Shown here in pieces: positions 1-9,242 of a stretch of DNA of 64,000 nt. Position 1 is the stretch's first letter. The number at the start of each line of letters is the position of its first letter. The position numbers and the translations under genes were made by a program. The DNA lies in the NCBI GenBank assembly GCA_964355955.1, contig CAYHFQ010000001.1, positions 39,419 through 103,418 of the forward strand. Reading direction: 5' to 3'. The notes under the pieces are model-generated. The model did no database searches, had not been told where the DNA came from, and worked only from the letters and a program-made list of their open reading frames with translations. The stretch is from an uncultured Gammaproteobacteria bacterium. Its GTDB lineage: Bacteria > Patescibacteriota > Patescibacteriia > UBA9934.

Positions 1-1661
1 CGGACCAAACATTCTCGCGGGTGCAGTTCCGTCATCATTTTGACCTTGAGGTGTTTCTCGTAAGTGGAGCGTTCAGCGGCTTTGTCGAAGAGCTCGTCGG
101 GGAAACTGAATTCTAGGTTGTTAGCGAGATCGGCCGCGTCTTCTTCGGAGATTTTGAAGATGACATAGTTGCTGACGTTCGTGATGACGGACTGGAGAAT
201 ATTCTTGTCGATTTGCTGGAGGTACTGCTGTGTGAGAGTAAGTGATAGTCCGAACTTGCGAGCTTCGGAAAGAATAGCGGCTAAGGCTTCGTTTTGGACC
301 ACGGAGACTTCGTCGATCACGAACATTATTTTCTTTTTGAGTTTACCGCTTTGGGCGAGGAGGAAAATTTGCTGAATGAGTAGACCGGCAATGAGCTTGG
401 TGGCCTTCTGACCGAGAGACGTACGGTCGAGAGAGAGGAAGACGAGATTGTTAGCGTCGATTAGCTCGCCGAGTGAAGCGGCTGTTTCGAAGTTGGTGAT
501 AGGGAGAAAGGCTAACTCGTCGAGCAGCGTGAGAATTGGAAGCGTACTTTCCTGATAAAACTTAGTTTGCAGTTCTGTAAATTCAGTATCGAAGAAGATT
601 TGAATACCTTCGGCCACGTTGCTCCCGAGGAGGACTTCTTTACGAGTGATGACGTCGGTTAGAAACTTACGTAAGGTTTCGAGCGACATGCGGCCGCCGG
701 TGAAGAGTGTGAAAAGTGTGTATTTGAGCACGCGCTCGGCCTTGGAGTTGAATTGATCTGCCATGAGAGTTTTGAAGAGGAGGATAGTGAGTTCCGAGGC
801 GAGAGTTGGTTCACCTAACTGGGCAAACAGCTGACAGGCCGTATGCACAAAGTCGACGTTGGTATGAGTCGGGTCGTTGTTAAAATCTGTATAGAGGGCA
901 GCGTGTGGGTCGAGAATGACGACAGTGTGAGTTTTGGTTATGCCAGTGTCTTCGAGTTGTTTAATGAAATGGGTTAGGTAACGTGATTTACCGGTACCGG
1001 TTTGACCGAGCACTAAACCGTGCCGAGCCACGTCGTAACGAGCAGTGGGCAGATATTTTGGTTCTTGGAAGTAAGGGAAACCTGGGACTTGGAGTAAAGC
1101 ATTAGCTGGGCTATCGCTCAAGATCTCCGCGGTTTTTTGAACTTGGACGTAGAGTGGTATTTCTTTGGGCTTGTACTGCACGCTAGTTGTTAAGTCGAGG
1201 TCGAGGAAAGTAAAGCGAGGCTTAAGGAAACGGCGTTTACAATGATAAGGTACGCCGCCAGCGTCGACGAAGAACATTTCGAGCGTATTGTAAGAGCCGA
1301 CGGGAAGACGATAAAATGACCAGCGAATGCCTTTGAGGGTGCGGGATTTGCGAAGTTGCTCCCGTTCTTTGAGGCGGATGATGTTGATTTTGTCGGAGAA
1401 GTCGACGTAACAGCGTTTCATCTCTGGATAATGTTCTGTTTGGTAACTCTTATCCCATTTAATAATGAAGGGTACGAGTTCATTAGCAAAGCCTGAAAAA
1501 TCTTTCTTGGATTCTAAGTAAAATAAAAGCTGGTTAGGTGTGAAGGCGACTTCCAGCGTCCAGTGGTCGAAGTAGTCGATACGCTGCGTGACACGATGAA
1601 TGAGAGTTTGCCAAAACTCGGTGGTTAATTTTTGTTCTTTGGTGAATAATTCGAAGCGCAT
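1..1661 (-). CDS. HerA/VirB4/TraD-like P-loop ATPase (DUF87-type), 3' end beyond window
   Basis: Manual translation from ATG at 1661 (MRFELFTKEQ...) is open to the window edge; Walker A GQTGTGKS, ILDPH, Walker B FVIDE and LSEARKFGLSLTLTQQ motif. Confidence 0.85.
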   Translation of the reverse strand, partial: MRFELFTKEQKLTTEFWQTLIHRVTQRIDYFDHWTLEVAFTPNQLLFYLESKKDFSGFANELVPFIIKWDKSYQTEHYPEMKRCYVDFSDKINIIRLKEREQLRKSRTLKGIRWSFYRLPVGSYNTLEMFFVDAGGVPYHCKRRFLKPRFTFLDLDLTTSVQYKPKEIPLYVQVQKTAEILSDSPANALLQVPGFPYFQEPKYLPTARYDVARHGLVLGQTGTGKSRYLTHFIKQLEDTGITKTHTVVILDPHAALYTDFNNDPTHTNVDFVHTACQLFAQLGEPTLASELTILLFKTLMADQFNSKAERVLKYTLFTLFTGGRMSLETLRKFLTDVITRKEVLLGSNVAEGIQIFFDTEFTELQTKFYQESTLPILTLLDELAFLPITNFETAASLGELIDANNLVFLSLDRTSLGQKATKLIAGLLIQQIFLLAQSGKLKKKIMFVIDEVSVVQNEALAAILSEARKFGLSLTLTQQYLQQIDKNILQSVITNVSNYVIFKISEEDAADLANNLEFSFPDELFDKAAERSTYEKHLKVKMMTELHPRECLV

Positions 1662-1665
1662 AAAA

Positions 1666-2499
1666 CTAACGTCCGGCTTTGACTAAATTGATTTTGCGCT
1701 TGCCAGTTTTTAGCAGACTGCCGACACGATATGTTTGGTTCTTTGGTAGAGTGACGTGGGCCAGAGTAGTAGCGAAATCGGGGAAATAGGGACGAAGACC
1801 GAGGGAAAGAAACACGCGTTGCGGAGCTTGAAAGGCTAATTTTTTAGCCAAAAAGACGTTGGCATCTAGTTCGTAAAGTAAAATGAGAATATGGAGAATG
1901 GTAAAGTTGAGAGCAGCAACAATGACGGCCACGGAGATAGAGTTGTCACGCATGCTGAGCAAGAGGATGACGATGAGACTGGCGAGGATGACGAGGATCA
2001 GCCAGTGTTCGGGGTTGACGATAGTTTTGGCGGTGATGGCGATTTCTTCGTCGTTGGCCACCAGATCTGCCTTGGCGTAGTGTAAGTGCTGAATCATGGC
2101 GCTGCCGATGTCGTCGCGAGCACGAGTTTGGTCGACGAGCTGCAAAATGTTATCGAATTCCCCACTGGCGCGACCAGAGAAATCGAGTAAGTCGTAATCG
2201 AGGGTAGCAATGAGGTAGGAATCGATGGCGGTAGTGAGAGCTGCGTGTTCTGGAGCGTTGATGATAGCGGAGTTGCTGTGAAGGCAGATGAGCGAAGTGT
2301 TCATGCTGCTAATGAGCGCTTGCATGCGCAGATAGTTAGCTGTGGCGCCAGAAATGAAGAAGCCAATGAGAATAGCGAAGAGTAAAGCGATGACGGTTAA
2401 GAAAATGCCGATGTCCGCAGAGAGATGAAAAGGAGGGATAGCAAAAGGTAGCGTCACGAGGATGATGGGGACGATAACTTTAAAAATCTTGGTGGTCAT
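1666..2499 (-). CDS. Multi-pass membrane protein (DUF4239/bestrophin-like possible)
   Basis: Two pairs of hydrophobic helices; stop 4 nt before the ATPase start; start chosen at MTTKIFK. Confidence 0.65.
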   Translation of the reverse strand: MTTKIFKVIVPIILVTLPFAIPPFHLSADIGIFLTVIALLFAILIGFFISGATANYLRMQALISSMNTSLICLHSNSAIINAPEHAALTTAIDSYLIATLDYDLLDFSGRASGEFDNILQLVDQTRARDDIGSAMIQHLHYAKADLVANDEEIAITAKTIVNPEHWLILVILASLIVILLLSMRDNSISVAVIVAALNFTILHILILLYELDANVFLAKKLAFQAPQRVFLSLGLRPYFPDFATTLAHVTLPKNQTYRVGSLLKTGKRKINLVKAGR

Positions 2500-2549
2500 A
2501 AATATTACTGGCATGATACCACGAGGCGGATTGCGAGACCAAAAGTTGA

Positions 2550-2578
2550 TTGACAAAAGCTGTGCAAACGACTACACT
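2550..2578 (+). promoter_or_regulatory. Sigma70-type promoter TTGACA-N17-TACACT
   Basis: Consensus -35, 17-nt spacer and -10 upstream of the orphan gene at 2637. Confidence 0.7.
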
Positions 2579-2636
2579 CCGCGGTCAACAATGTTCTTTC
2601 AACGGCGGTAAGACGCCACAACCTAAGGAGTCAACG

Positions 2637-3266
2637 ATGGGTTCGATACTTGTGCGAACTGGGACTATTCGCGCTTTTGGTCAGCATGGAGACGATTTCA
2701 CTCTACGAACTGACGACGGACAGATGTTCGGTGCTAGGCGTGCGGACTATTGTCCTCAAGGGTTCGTAGACCGGCCGAAGGCTGTCAACCATCCGAGCGT
2801 CAACACGGTAAATCATCACTGCAAAAAAAGAACTCGGATCGCATTCGTCGCTGACGAGATGACGCCGTCTGGCCGAGTTCATCGTTGGACCTTCTGCGAC
2901 CCAGGAACCATACGACTGCAGGTGGAGATTGTAGCCGAAAAGCCACGGGAATTCTGGTGCGGCCACGAGCTGGCGGATTTACAGAAGACCTTCCCGCGGC
3001 ACTTCGAGGACAGGAGTGCTGACGGCGCGTTTCTCATCCAGCTCAACCATGTCGACATTGTTACCTGGTTGCGCGCCAACAGCGGAACGGTAACAGATGA
3101 GGAACGTGACCTGCTGTGGCAGGAGGGTGGAAAGTCGGCTTGGTTCGAGATGCTGGTTGGCCAGGTATGGTACCGAACAGTCGACCCACGACTCCTGCCC
3201 ACCATGGCACCTCGACCAGAATGCACACCGCCAGCCAGGCCGAGACAACACACGCCCTGGCGCTGA
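2637..3266 (+). CDS. Hypothetical protein (SD-led orphan)
   Basis: AAGGAG 6 nt before ATG, upstream promoter, downstream terminator. Confidence 0.7.
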   Translation: MGSILVRTGTIRAFGQHGDDFTLRTDDGQMFGARRADYCPQGFVDRPKAVNHPSVNTVNHHCKKRTRIAFVADEMTPSGRVHRWTFCDPGTIRLQVEIVAEKPREFWCGHELADLQKTFPRHFEDRSADGAFLIQLNHVDIVTWLRANSGTVTDEERDLLWQEGGKSAWFEMLVGQVWYRTVDPRLLPTMAPRPECTPPARPRQHTPWR

Positions 3267-3313
3267 CTCCCCTCCCTGGCATGAGCGAGAGCTAAACTCG
3301 TTCGTGCCGTACC

Positions 3314-3348
3314 AAAAACCCCGCTCGAGAAGAGCGGGATTTTTGTTT
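3314..3348. terminator. Bidirectional intrinsic terminator
   Basis: CCCGCTC-gagaa-GAGCGGG hairpin with A- and T-tracts between convergent genes. Confidence 0.7.
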
Positions 3349-3356
3349 GAGGAAAA

Positions 3357-3923
3357 TTATTTAGCGATGCGCTCGACGTAGTCACCGGTTTCTGTGGAGA
3401 CCAAGATGTGGTCGCCTTCTTTGGCAAAGATTGGCACGCGGACCATGAGACCGTTGTCCATAGTGGCGTCCTTGAGGACGTTGCCTGAGGCGGTGTCGCC
3501 CTTAACGGCCGTGTCGGTTTGGGTGATGACGTATTCGATTTTGATTGGGAGCTCCATGCTGATAGCCTTCTCGCCGTGCATGATGATGGTGACGTCCAAG
3601 CCTTCCTTGAGGTAGCGAGCGTCGTCGCCCACCACGTCGCGGCCGATGGCGACTTGCTCGTAGCTGTGGCCGTCCATGAAGGTGAGGGTGTATTCGTCGC
3701 CGAAGATGAATTGCATCTTCTTGAAACCAACTTGCTCGAAGGTGACGCTTTCGGCGGCCTTGAAGTTGTTCTCGACGACCTTGCCAGAGCTTAAGGACTT
3801 CAAGCGGGTGCGAACGAAGGAGCTGCCCTTACCTGGGCTGACGCGCTGGAAGCCGACGCAGACCCAGAGGTCGTTTTCATAGTTTAAAACTGTACCTTTG
3901 CGAATGTCATTTGGAGAGGCCAT
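3357..3923 (-). CDS. efp: Elongation factor P
   Basis: SPGKG loop, KGDTASG and VPIF motifs, 188 aa. Confidence 0.97.
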   Translation of the reverse strand: MASPNDIRKGTVLNYENDLWVCVGFQRVSPGKGSSFVRTRLKSLSSGKVVENNFKAAESVTFEQVGFKKMQFIFGDEYTLTFMDGHSYEQVAIGRDVVGDDARYLKEGLDVTIIMHGEKAISMELPIKIEYVITQTDTAVKGDTASGNVLKDATMDNGLMVRVPIFAKEGDHILVSTETGDYVERIAK

Positions 3924-3926
3924 AGT

Positions 3927-4811
3927 TTAACGAAAGCGTTCCGAAGGTGGGAACAAGTGAATAGAATCGATGCTTTGGGTACCGGCTTTGAGCATGACCA
4001 GGCGGTCGACGCCCAAGGCATTGCCAAAGGTCGGTGATGCCACGGAGGATAGCCGAGAAAGGAGGTCTTCGTCAATGGGAAAGACTTCTTTGCCCAGGGC
4101 GCGACGTTCTTCTTGCTCGATGAGGAAACGGCTGCGTTGTTCGGCCGCGTCGACCAATTCTGTAAAGCCATTACACATTTCCATGCCGTAAGCGTAGGCC
4201 TCGAAGCGTTCGGCAGCTAGACCGTCTGGTGTCTTGCGGGCCAAGGCGGCTTCCGCGACCGGGAACTCCATGACCATGAACTTGTCATGCTGCTTCATGA
4301 GGCTCGGCAGAATGTGGTGATTGAAGGTGTCGTCGCTCGTCTCCCCTGTCCACTCGGCCAGCATTTTGACGTAGCTGAAGCGCGGCCAGGCGTCTGTCCA
4401 GCCGAGATAGCCGTTGATGAGATCTTCGGTTTCCTGCATGAGGGCATGGTAGTCGGCGTGTTGCTGGTACCACTCGAGCATGGTGAATTCGATGGAATGG
4501 TCACCGCCTAACTCCTCGACGCTGCGAAAGACTGGCGTGATGGTAAAGATTTTATCGAGGCCGGAACCGAGAAGCTTTTTCATGGAAAATTCTGGGCTGG
4601 TGATGAGGGCCGCACGGACTGGGCCGCGGCCGAGGACGTTTAAGTCGATGGCGACTGGAAAGAGGTTGGGTGACAGGTCGGGACTGGCGACGGCGATGGG
4701 GGTTTGGACTTCGAGATAATTGCGCTTGGCAAAGAAGTCGCGTAGATAGGCGAAGGTGTCGTTCCAGAGTTTAGCGCGGAGAAGAGCGTCTTCACGAGAC
4801 ATCATAGGCAA
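3927..4811 (-). CDS. epmA: EF-P lysine aminoacylase EpmA/GenX (LysRS-like catalytic domain only)
   Basis: TSPEFSMKKLL, FR..E...HSIEFTMLEWY, ERFE, NGFTEL, ALGVDRL; adjacent to efp. Confidence 0.93.
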   Translation of the reverse strand: MPMMSREDALLRAKLWNDTFAYLRDFFAKRNYLEVQTPIAVASPDLSPNLFPVAIDLNVLGRGPVRAALITSPEFSMKKLLGSGLDKIFTITPVFRSVEELGGDHSIEFTMLEWYQQHADYHALMQETEDLINGYLGWTDAWPRFSYVKMLAEWTGETSDDTFNHHILPSLMKQHDKFMVMEFPVAEAALARKTPDGLAAERFEAYAYGMEMCNGFTELVDAAEQRSRFLIEQEERRALGKEVFPIDEDLLSRLSSVASPTFGNALGVDRLVMLKAGTQSIDSIHLFPPSERFR

Positions 4812-4859
4812 ACTTTATGCAAAAACGGAGCTTGAAAGCCCCGTCTTGCTTGGTCGATT

Positions 4860-5090
4860 TTATTCTTGGACGAAGGGAAGCATGGCCATGATACGGGAAC
4901 GCTTGATTTCGTTGCCGACTTCGCGTTGGTGACCAGAGCAAAGGCCGGAGCGCTTGCGTGGGACGATCTTGGCGAAGGAGGAAAGGAAACGGCGCAAAAG
5001 GTCCGTGTTCTTGTAGTCGATGACGAGGTCCTTCTGCACGCAGAATGGGCAGTGACGTGCACCGTTGGTGCTAGCTTGCATTTTAGGCAT
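4860..5090 (-). CDS. rpsR: 30S ribosomal protein S18
   Basis: CPFC, IDYKN, KIVPRKRSGLC..HQR. Confidence 0.97.
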   Translation of the reverse strand: MPKMQASTNGARHCPFCVQKDLVIDYKNTDLLRRFLSSFAKIVPRKRSGLCSGHQREVGNEIKRSRIMAMLPFVQE

Positions 5091-5096
5091 AATTGT

Positions 5097-5552
5097 TTAA
5101 AAAGGAATATCTTCTAATTTAATTTCTTCTTCGGCGGGAGGGAGTGGAGCGTCGTCCATGCTTGGCACGTTGCCGGAGCTATCATTTTTGGCGTAACCAC
5201 CACCAGCTTGGGCGCCAGTTGGACGGTCGAGCATGATGAGATTTTCGGCCACGATCTCTGTGCGGTAACGCTTGACGCCGTCTTGACCTTCCCATTCACG
5301 ACTTTGAATGCGACCGTCGACGTAGACTTTCTTGCCCTTGGTGAGGTACTGGGCACAGATTTCGGCCAAACGACCCCAGGCGACGATGTTGTGGTAGTCG
5401 GCTTGATCCTTCTTTTCGCCAGTGGCGGTAGTAAAGACACGATTTGTGGCAATACTGAAGGAAGTAACAGCCTGGCCGCCAGCGGTTTTGCGGAGTTCAG
5501 GATCACGGGTCAAGTTACCGATGAGCGTGGCTTTGTTTAAGGAGTTGGCCAT
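5097..5552 (-). CDS. ssb: Single-stranded DNA-binding protein
   Basis: LIGNLTRDPELR and acidic EDIPF tail; rpsF-ssb-rpsR order. Confidence 0.97.
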   Translation of the reverse strand: MANSLNKATLIGNLTRDPELRKTAGGQAVTSFSIATNRVFTTATGEKKDQADYHNIVAWGRLAEICAQYLTKGKKVYVDGRIQSREWEGQDGVKRYRTEIVAENLIMLDRPTGAQAGGGYAKNDSSGNVPSMDDAPLPPAEEEIKLEDIPF

Positions 5553-5571
5553 ATATGATATCTGAGAGCTA

Positions 5572-6057
5572 TTAGATGCTCTTCATGATATCACTATCCA
5601 AGATTTCATCGAGCTTTTTGTCCAAAGCCTTGGTAGAAAGTGGCTTTTCTTCAGCCTTGGCAGGAGCAGCTTCGTGACGTGGGGCCTTTTCCTCACCCTT
5701 CTCGCTGGAACGACGACCTTCAGCGTTCAATGGTGGAACGTAAGAAGTTGGACGAGCGGTGTGGGCTGGGATGCCCTTTGGCAAAGCGACGATGATGTGA
5801 CGGAGCACTTCGTCGGCCAAACGCATAACCTGGTCTACCTTAGCCATGATTTCTTGGGCGGCTTCGATGTAGAAGAGGACGTAAGTGCCGTAACGAACGT
5901 GGTCAATAGCGTAGGCCAATTTGAGCTTGCCGAGGTTCTCGGTTTTCTCAATCTTACCGCCAGCAGCTTCGATTTGCTTGGCGATTCGCTCGGAAACGGC
6001 GTCGATTTCCGTGTCGGCGAACTTGGCTGGGACGATGGTCAAGATCTCGTAGATCAT
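5572..6057 (-). CDS. rpsF: 30S ribosomal protein S6 with C-terminal extension
   Basis: YEILTIV, GKLKLAYAI, EVLRHIIV; start at MIYE. Confidence 0.95.
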   Translation of the reverse strand: MIYEILTIVPAKFADTEIDAVSERIAKQIEAAGGKIEKTENLGKLKLAYAIDHVRYGTYVLFYIEAAQEIMAKVDQVMRLADEVLRHIIVALPKGIPAHTARPTSYVPPLNAEGRRSSEKGEEKAPRHEAAPAKAEEKPLSTKALDKKLDEILDSDIMKSI

Positions 6058-6272
6058 AGGTGCTTGGCCCAGTTTTGTACTGGGCGAGCCCACTTAAGGG
6101 CGTTGGACAAGAATTAAGTGGCGTAACTCTAGCTGAAATAGCAATTAACGTCAACCTTGGGGCCAGGGACCTGAGCTTGCTAAAACTGGCGTTTTGGGCT
6201 AACATTCGGGGTCGGCCGGGCACTTTGCCCCCGATTCGTTCTTTTCCAACCCTTTCACCCAAGGAGGCGCTC

Positions 6273-7868
6273 ATGGCGACCGACCCACCAGATGACTCTG
6301 ACGAAGACATCGTCATTCCCCCACCGTTGGCCAACGGACGCTACATACTGCTGCAACTGTTGGGCCGTGGTGGCATGGCGACGGTGTGGCGAGCCTTCGA
6401 CACCGTGCTCGAACGTGAGCGAGCCATCAAGATCCTGCACCCCGAATGTGTTCACTCGAAAGACCAGATGGCGAGACTCGATAAGGAAGCTCGAGCTATG
6501 GCCAAGCTCGAGGACCACCCGAACGTGCTCCGAATTTGGGACCGCGGCATCGAAGGCGACCGCTACTACATTGTCATGGAGTTGATTCATGGCTTTGACT
6601 TGGCGCGCTACATGGAGGCACGGTGTACAGACACTCAGCCTACCAGGCCGCTGCCAGTCGGCTTCGCGATGAACATTGCTCGAACCGTGCTGGAAGTACT
6701 TGGCGCGGCTCATGCAGTTGGGATTATCCACCGTGACATCAAGCGGGAGAACATCCTCATCACTGATGACAAACGCATCTTGGTAGCTGACTTCGGTATC
6801 GCGCGAGCAACTGATAGCAAGCTGACGCGGACTTCAAGTGGGCTCGGTTCGCTGAAAGCAGCAGCACCGGAACAGTTCATTGACGCCAAACGTGCTGGAC
6901 CAGAGGCGGATATTTTCGCCTGCGGCGTGCTCCTCTTCAACATGCTGACGGATGATGATGAGACGATCGCCTTCCACTTGCAGGTCAACACTGCAGGCAG
7001 ATTGGATGGCGTACCGACTCCTTTCATCCCCATCATCCAGAAGGCCTGCGCTGCCAGGCCGGAGGATCGCTACCCTTCGGCCGAAGACATGAAGTCTGCA
7101 TTGCATGCGGCGTATGAGGAGTATCAGAAGAATCCTTCCGTGCTGGTTGTCGAGATTGACACGAGTGACATCCAGCCCTACGAGCCATCGTTGACCTTTT
7201 CGGTGGAGCCGCCGACAGCAGAAGTGCAGGAGGGCGCGGAGAACGAGGGTGTCGAGGAGGTGCTGCCCAGTTGGCCGATGTGGTTGAAGGTTGGAGCTGG
7301 CGTCGGCGTAGCGATCGCGCTCTTGAGCCTCGGCTTGGGAGTAAGGGCGATGACGGCGCGGCAAGAAATTGTTCAGCCGGAAGTCGCGCCGGTAGTGGAG
7401 GTGGCGCAGCCGGTGCCTGAGGCGAAGATCGAGGTTCAACCCGAGATCAAGCCAGTGTCGGTGACGGTGCCGACGAAGACTGAGGTGACATCGAAGCCTG
7501 AAGTGACGAAGCCGGACGTCGTGAAGAACGAGGTCAAGCCGGTGGTGACGCCGGTGGTCCAGGTGCCAGCGAAGGCGAGGATTACAGCGCCAGCGGTGAG
7601 TGGGAAGATTGCCAACGGCAGCCTCAGCTTCAGTGCTGGACTGACGCCGGTCGATGCCAATGCTCGGGGAACGCTCATCTACCGGGTAGGGAGTGACCCC
7701 AAGTGGCAGCGGCGGGTGATGCAGAGCACGGATGGGCGCTACGAAGTGACCATCGAGGGCATCGACCAGCAGGCCGACAAAGTCGAGTATGTCATCGAGA
7801 TTGCTGGCGAAAGTGAAGGAACGTTGAGGAGTGGGTCGGCGCAGATCCCACACGTCGTGAAGCCCTAG
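6273..7868 (+). CDS. Hanks-type Ser/Thr protein kinase with TM helix and Pro/Val-rich C-terminal region
   Basis: GRGGMATV, AIK, HRDIK.EN, DFG, APE; AAGGAGG before ATG 6273. Confidence 0.93.
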   Translation: MATDPPDDSDEDIVIPPPLANGRYILLQLLGRGGMATVWRAFDTVLERERAIKILHPECVHSKDQMARLDKEARAMAKLEDHPNVLRIWDRGIEGDRYYIVMELIHGFDLARYMEARCTDTQPTRPLPVGFAMNIARTVLEVLGAAHAVGIIHRDIKRENILITDDKRILVADFGIARATDSKLTRTSSGLGSLKAAAPEQFIDAKRAGPEADIFACGVLLFNMLTDDDETIAFHLQVNTAGRLDGVPTPFIPIIQKACAARPEDRYPSAEDMKSALHAAYEEYQKNPSVLVVEIDTSDIQPYEPSLTFSVEPPTAEVQEGAENEGVEEVLPSWPMWLKVGAGVGVAIALLSLGLGVRAMTARQEIVQPEVAPVVEVAQPVPEAKIEVQPEIKPVSVTVPTKTEVTSKPEVTKPDVVKNEVKPVVTPVVQVPAKARITAPAVSGKIANGSLSFSAGLTPVDANARGTLIYRVGSDPKWQRRVMQSTDGRYEVTIEGIDQQADKVEYVIEIAGESEGTLRSGSAQIPHVVKP

Positions 7869-7891
7869 TCGAACTCGACGATTAGGCACTA

Positions 7892-7924
7892 AGCTCCCCT
7901 AGACCTCGGTCTTGGGGAGCTTTC
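7892..7924 (+). terminator. Intrinsic terminator
   Basis: AGCTCCCC...GGGGAGCT hairpin followed by T-tract. Confidence 0.7.
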
Positions 7925-7997
7925 CTATTTAGGACTAGCCAAAAAGTTAGAAATACGTTACGCTCTCGCTTACTTCTGGTCACCTATTTTAACTACT

Positions 7998-9176
7998 ATG
8001 CAAACGTTCGCGATTCTCGGCTCACATCCTGACCTCTCAATGGCCGAAATTACGGCACAAACGGGGGCAATTGCTACTACTTCCGCTGGTGAGGTGGCTT
8101 TATTTGAAGATTTACAAGGTAATTTTATTGACTTACTGAGCAAGCTCGGTGGCACGCAAAAGATTGGTTACGTCATTGGCGAGGTAGCCAAAGTCGACGG
8201 AGCTGAGTTGATTGCCTTTTTGACCAGCCAGTTGGAGCAGGAGACGCGTGAAACCAAGCTGCACTTCGGCATCAGCATCTACGACTTCGGTCAGACGTCG
8301 GCGGTACAGAAGCTTTATGCCCAGTCGAGGATTATCGGCATGACCGTGAAGAGTAACTTGAAGACAGCCGGACGCAGTGCCCGTTTTGTGATGAGCAAAG
8401 AGCCAGCGTTGAACGCGGTGTCCGTCGCGCAAAATGATTTGATTGCAAAGGGTGCGGAGTTCGTGTTGTTGGCCGCTAAGGACAAAGTAGTTATCGGTAT
8501 GACGAGCGCTGTACAGGATGCGAACGACTGGAGCGAACGCGATTTTGGCCGACCACGCCGCAATGCCAAACAAGGCATGTTGCCACCAAAGTTGGCGCGC
8601 ATGATGATTAACCTCACAGGTACTTCGGCCAAGAATAAGTCGATTCTCGATCCGTTCTGCGGAAGTGGAACAGTTTTGATGGAGGGAGCGATGCTCGGAG
8701 CAGCGAAAGTTATTGGTAGCGATATTGCGAGCGGTGCCGTGCATGACACGCAGCACAACATGGCTTGGTTGAAAGAACGTGGCATTAAAGTTGGCGAGGT
8801 GGACGTGTTCATGGCCAAGGCCAGTGAGGTCAGCAACCGTTTGCCAGAGAACACCGTCGACATGATTATTACGGAAACTTACCTGGGCTTGCCCCGTCGC
8901 GGAGTTGAGACAACGGTTGATTTGTACAAGGCGGTCGATTATATTGAAACACTGTACACGGAGAGCTTCAGCACGTTGCGTGGTGTGTTGAAGGAGAACG
9001 GCATCGTGATCATTGCGGCACCAGTCCACTACCTGGATGGACAGACGTTTGAAGCACCAGTAGTGCGTATCCTCGAAGGCCTCGGTTATACGCATTCTCC
9101 CCTGCCCCATGAGCCATTGATTTATCACCGTGAGGGACAGTTGGTTGGACGTAGGTTCTTCCGGTTTACGAAATAA
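7998..9176 (+). CDS. Trm11/RlmL-like SAM-dependent RNA methyltransferase
   Basis: GMLPPKLARMMINL, ILDPFCGSGTVLMEG, GSDI. Confidence 0.85.
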   Translation: MQTFAILGSHPDLSMAEITAQTGAIATTSAGEVALFEDLQGNFIDLLSKLGGTQKIGYVIGEVAKVDGAELIAFLTSQLEQETRETKLHFGISIYDFGQTSAVQKLYAQSRIIGMTVKSNLKTAGRSARFVMSKEPALNAVSVAQNDLIAKGAEFVLLAAKDKVVIGMTSAVQDANDWSERDFGRPRRNAKQGMLPPKLARMMINLTGTSAKNKSILDPFCGSGTVLMEGAMLGAAKVIGSDIASGAVHDTQHNMAWLKERGIKVGEVDVFMAKASEVSNRLPENTVDMIITETYLGLPRRGVETTVDLYKAVDYIETLYTESFSTLRGVLKENGIVIIAAPVHYLDGQTFEAPVVRILEGLGYTHSPLPHEPLIYHREGQLVGRRFFRFTK

Positions 9177-9189
9177 GAGTTAGAAATTC

Positions 9190-9224
9190 AAGTCCCGGAC
9201 TCCAGGAGTCCGGGACTTGTTTTT
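9190..9224 (+). terminator. Intrinsic terminator
   Basis: AAGTCCCGGACTCC/GGAGTCCGGGACTT perfect inverted repeat plus T-tract. Confidence 0.75.
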
Positions 9225-9242
9225 GTGATAAGATGGCTATAT

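Noticed and set aside
6834-7889. Long antisense ORFs (also 2879-3730, 8133-9128, 12637-13533, 32117-32953, 37026-37985, 37972-38865, 50903-51739)
   Set aside because: Shadow or alternative frames of well-supported genes, a by-product of biased codon usage
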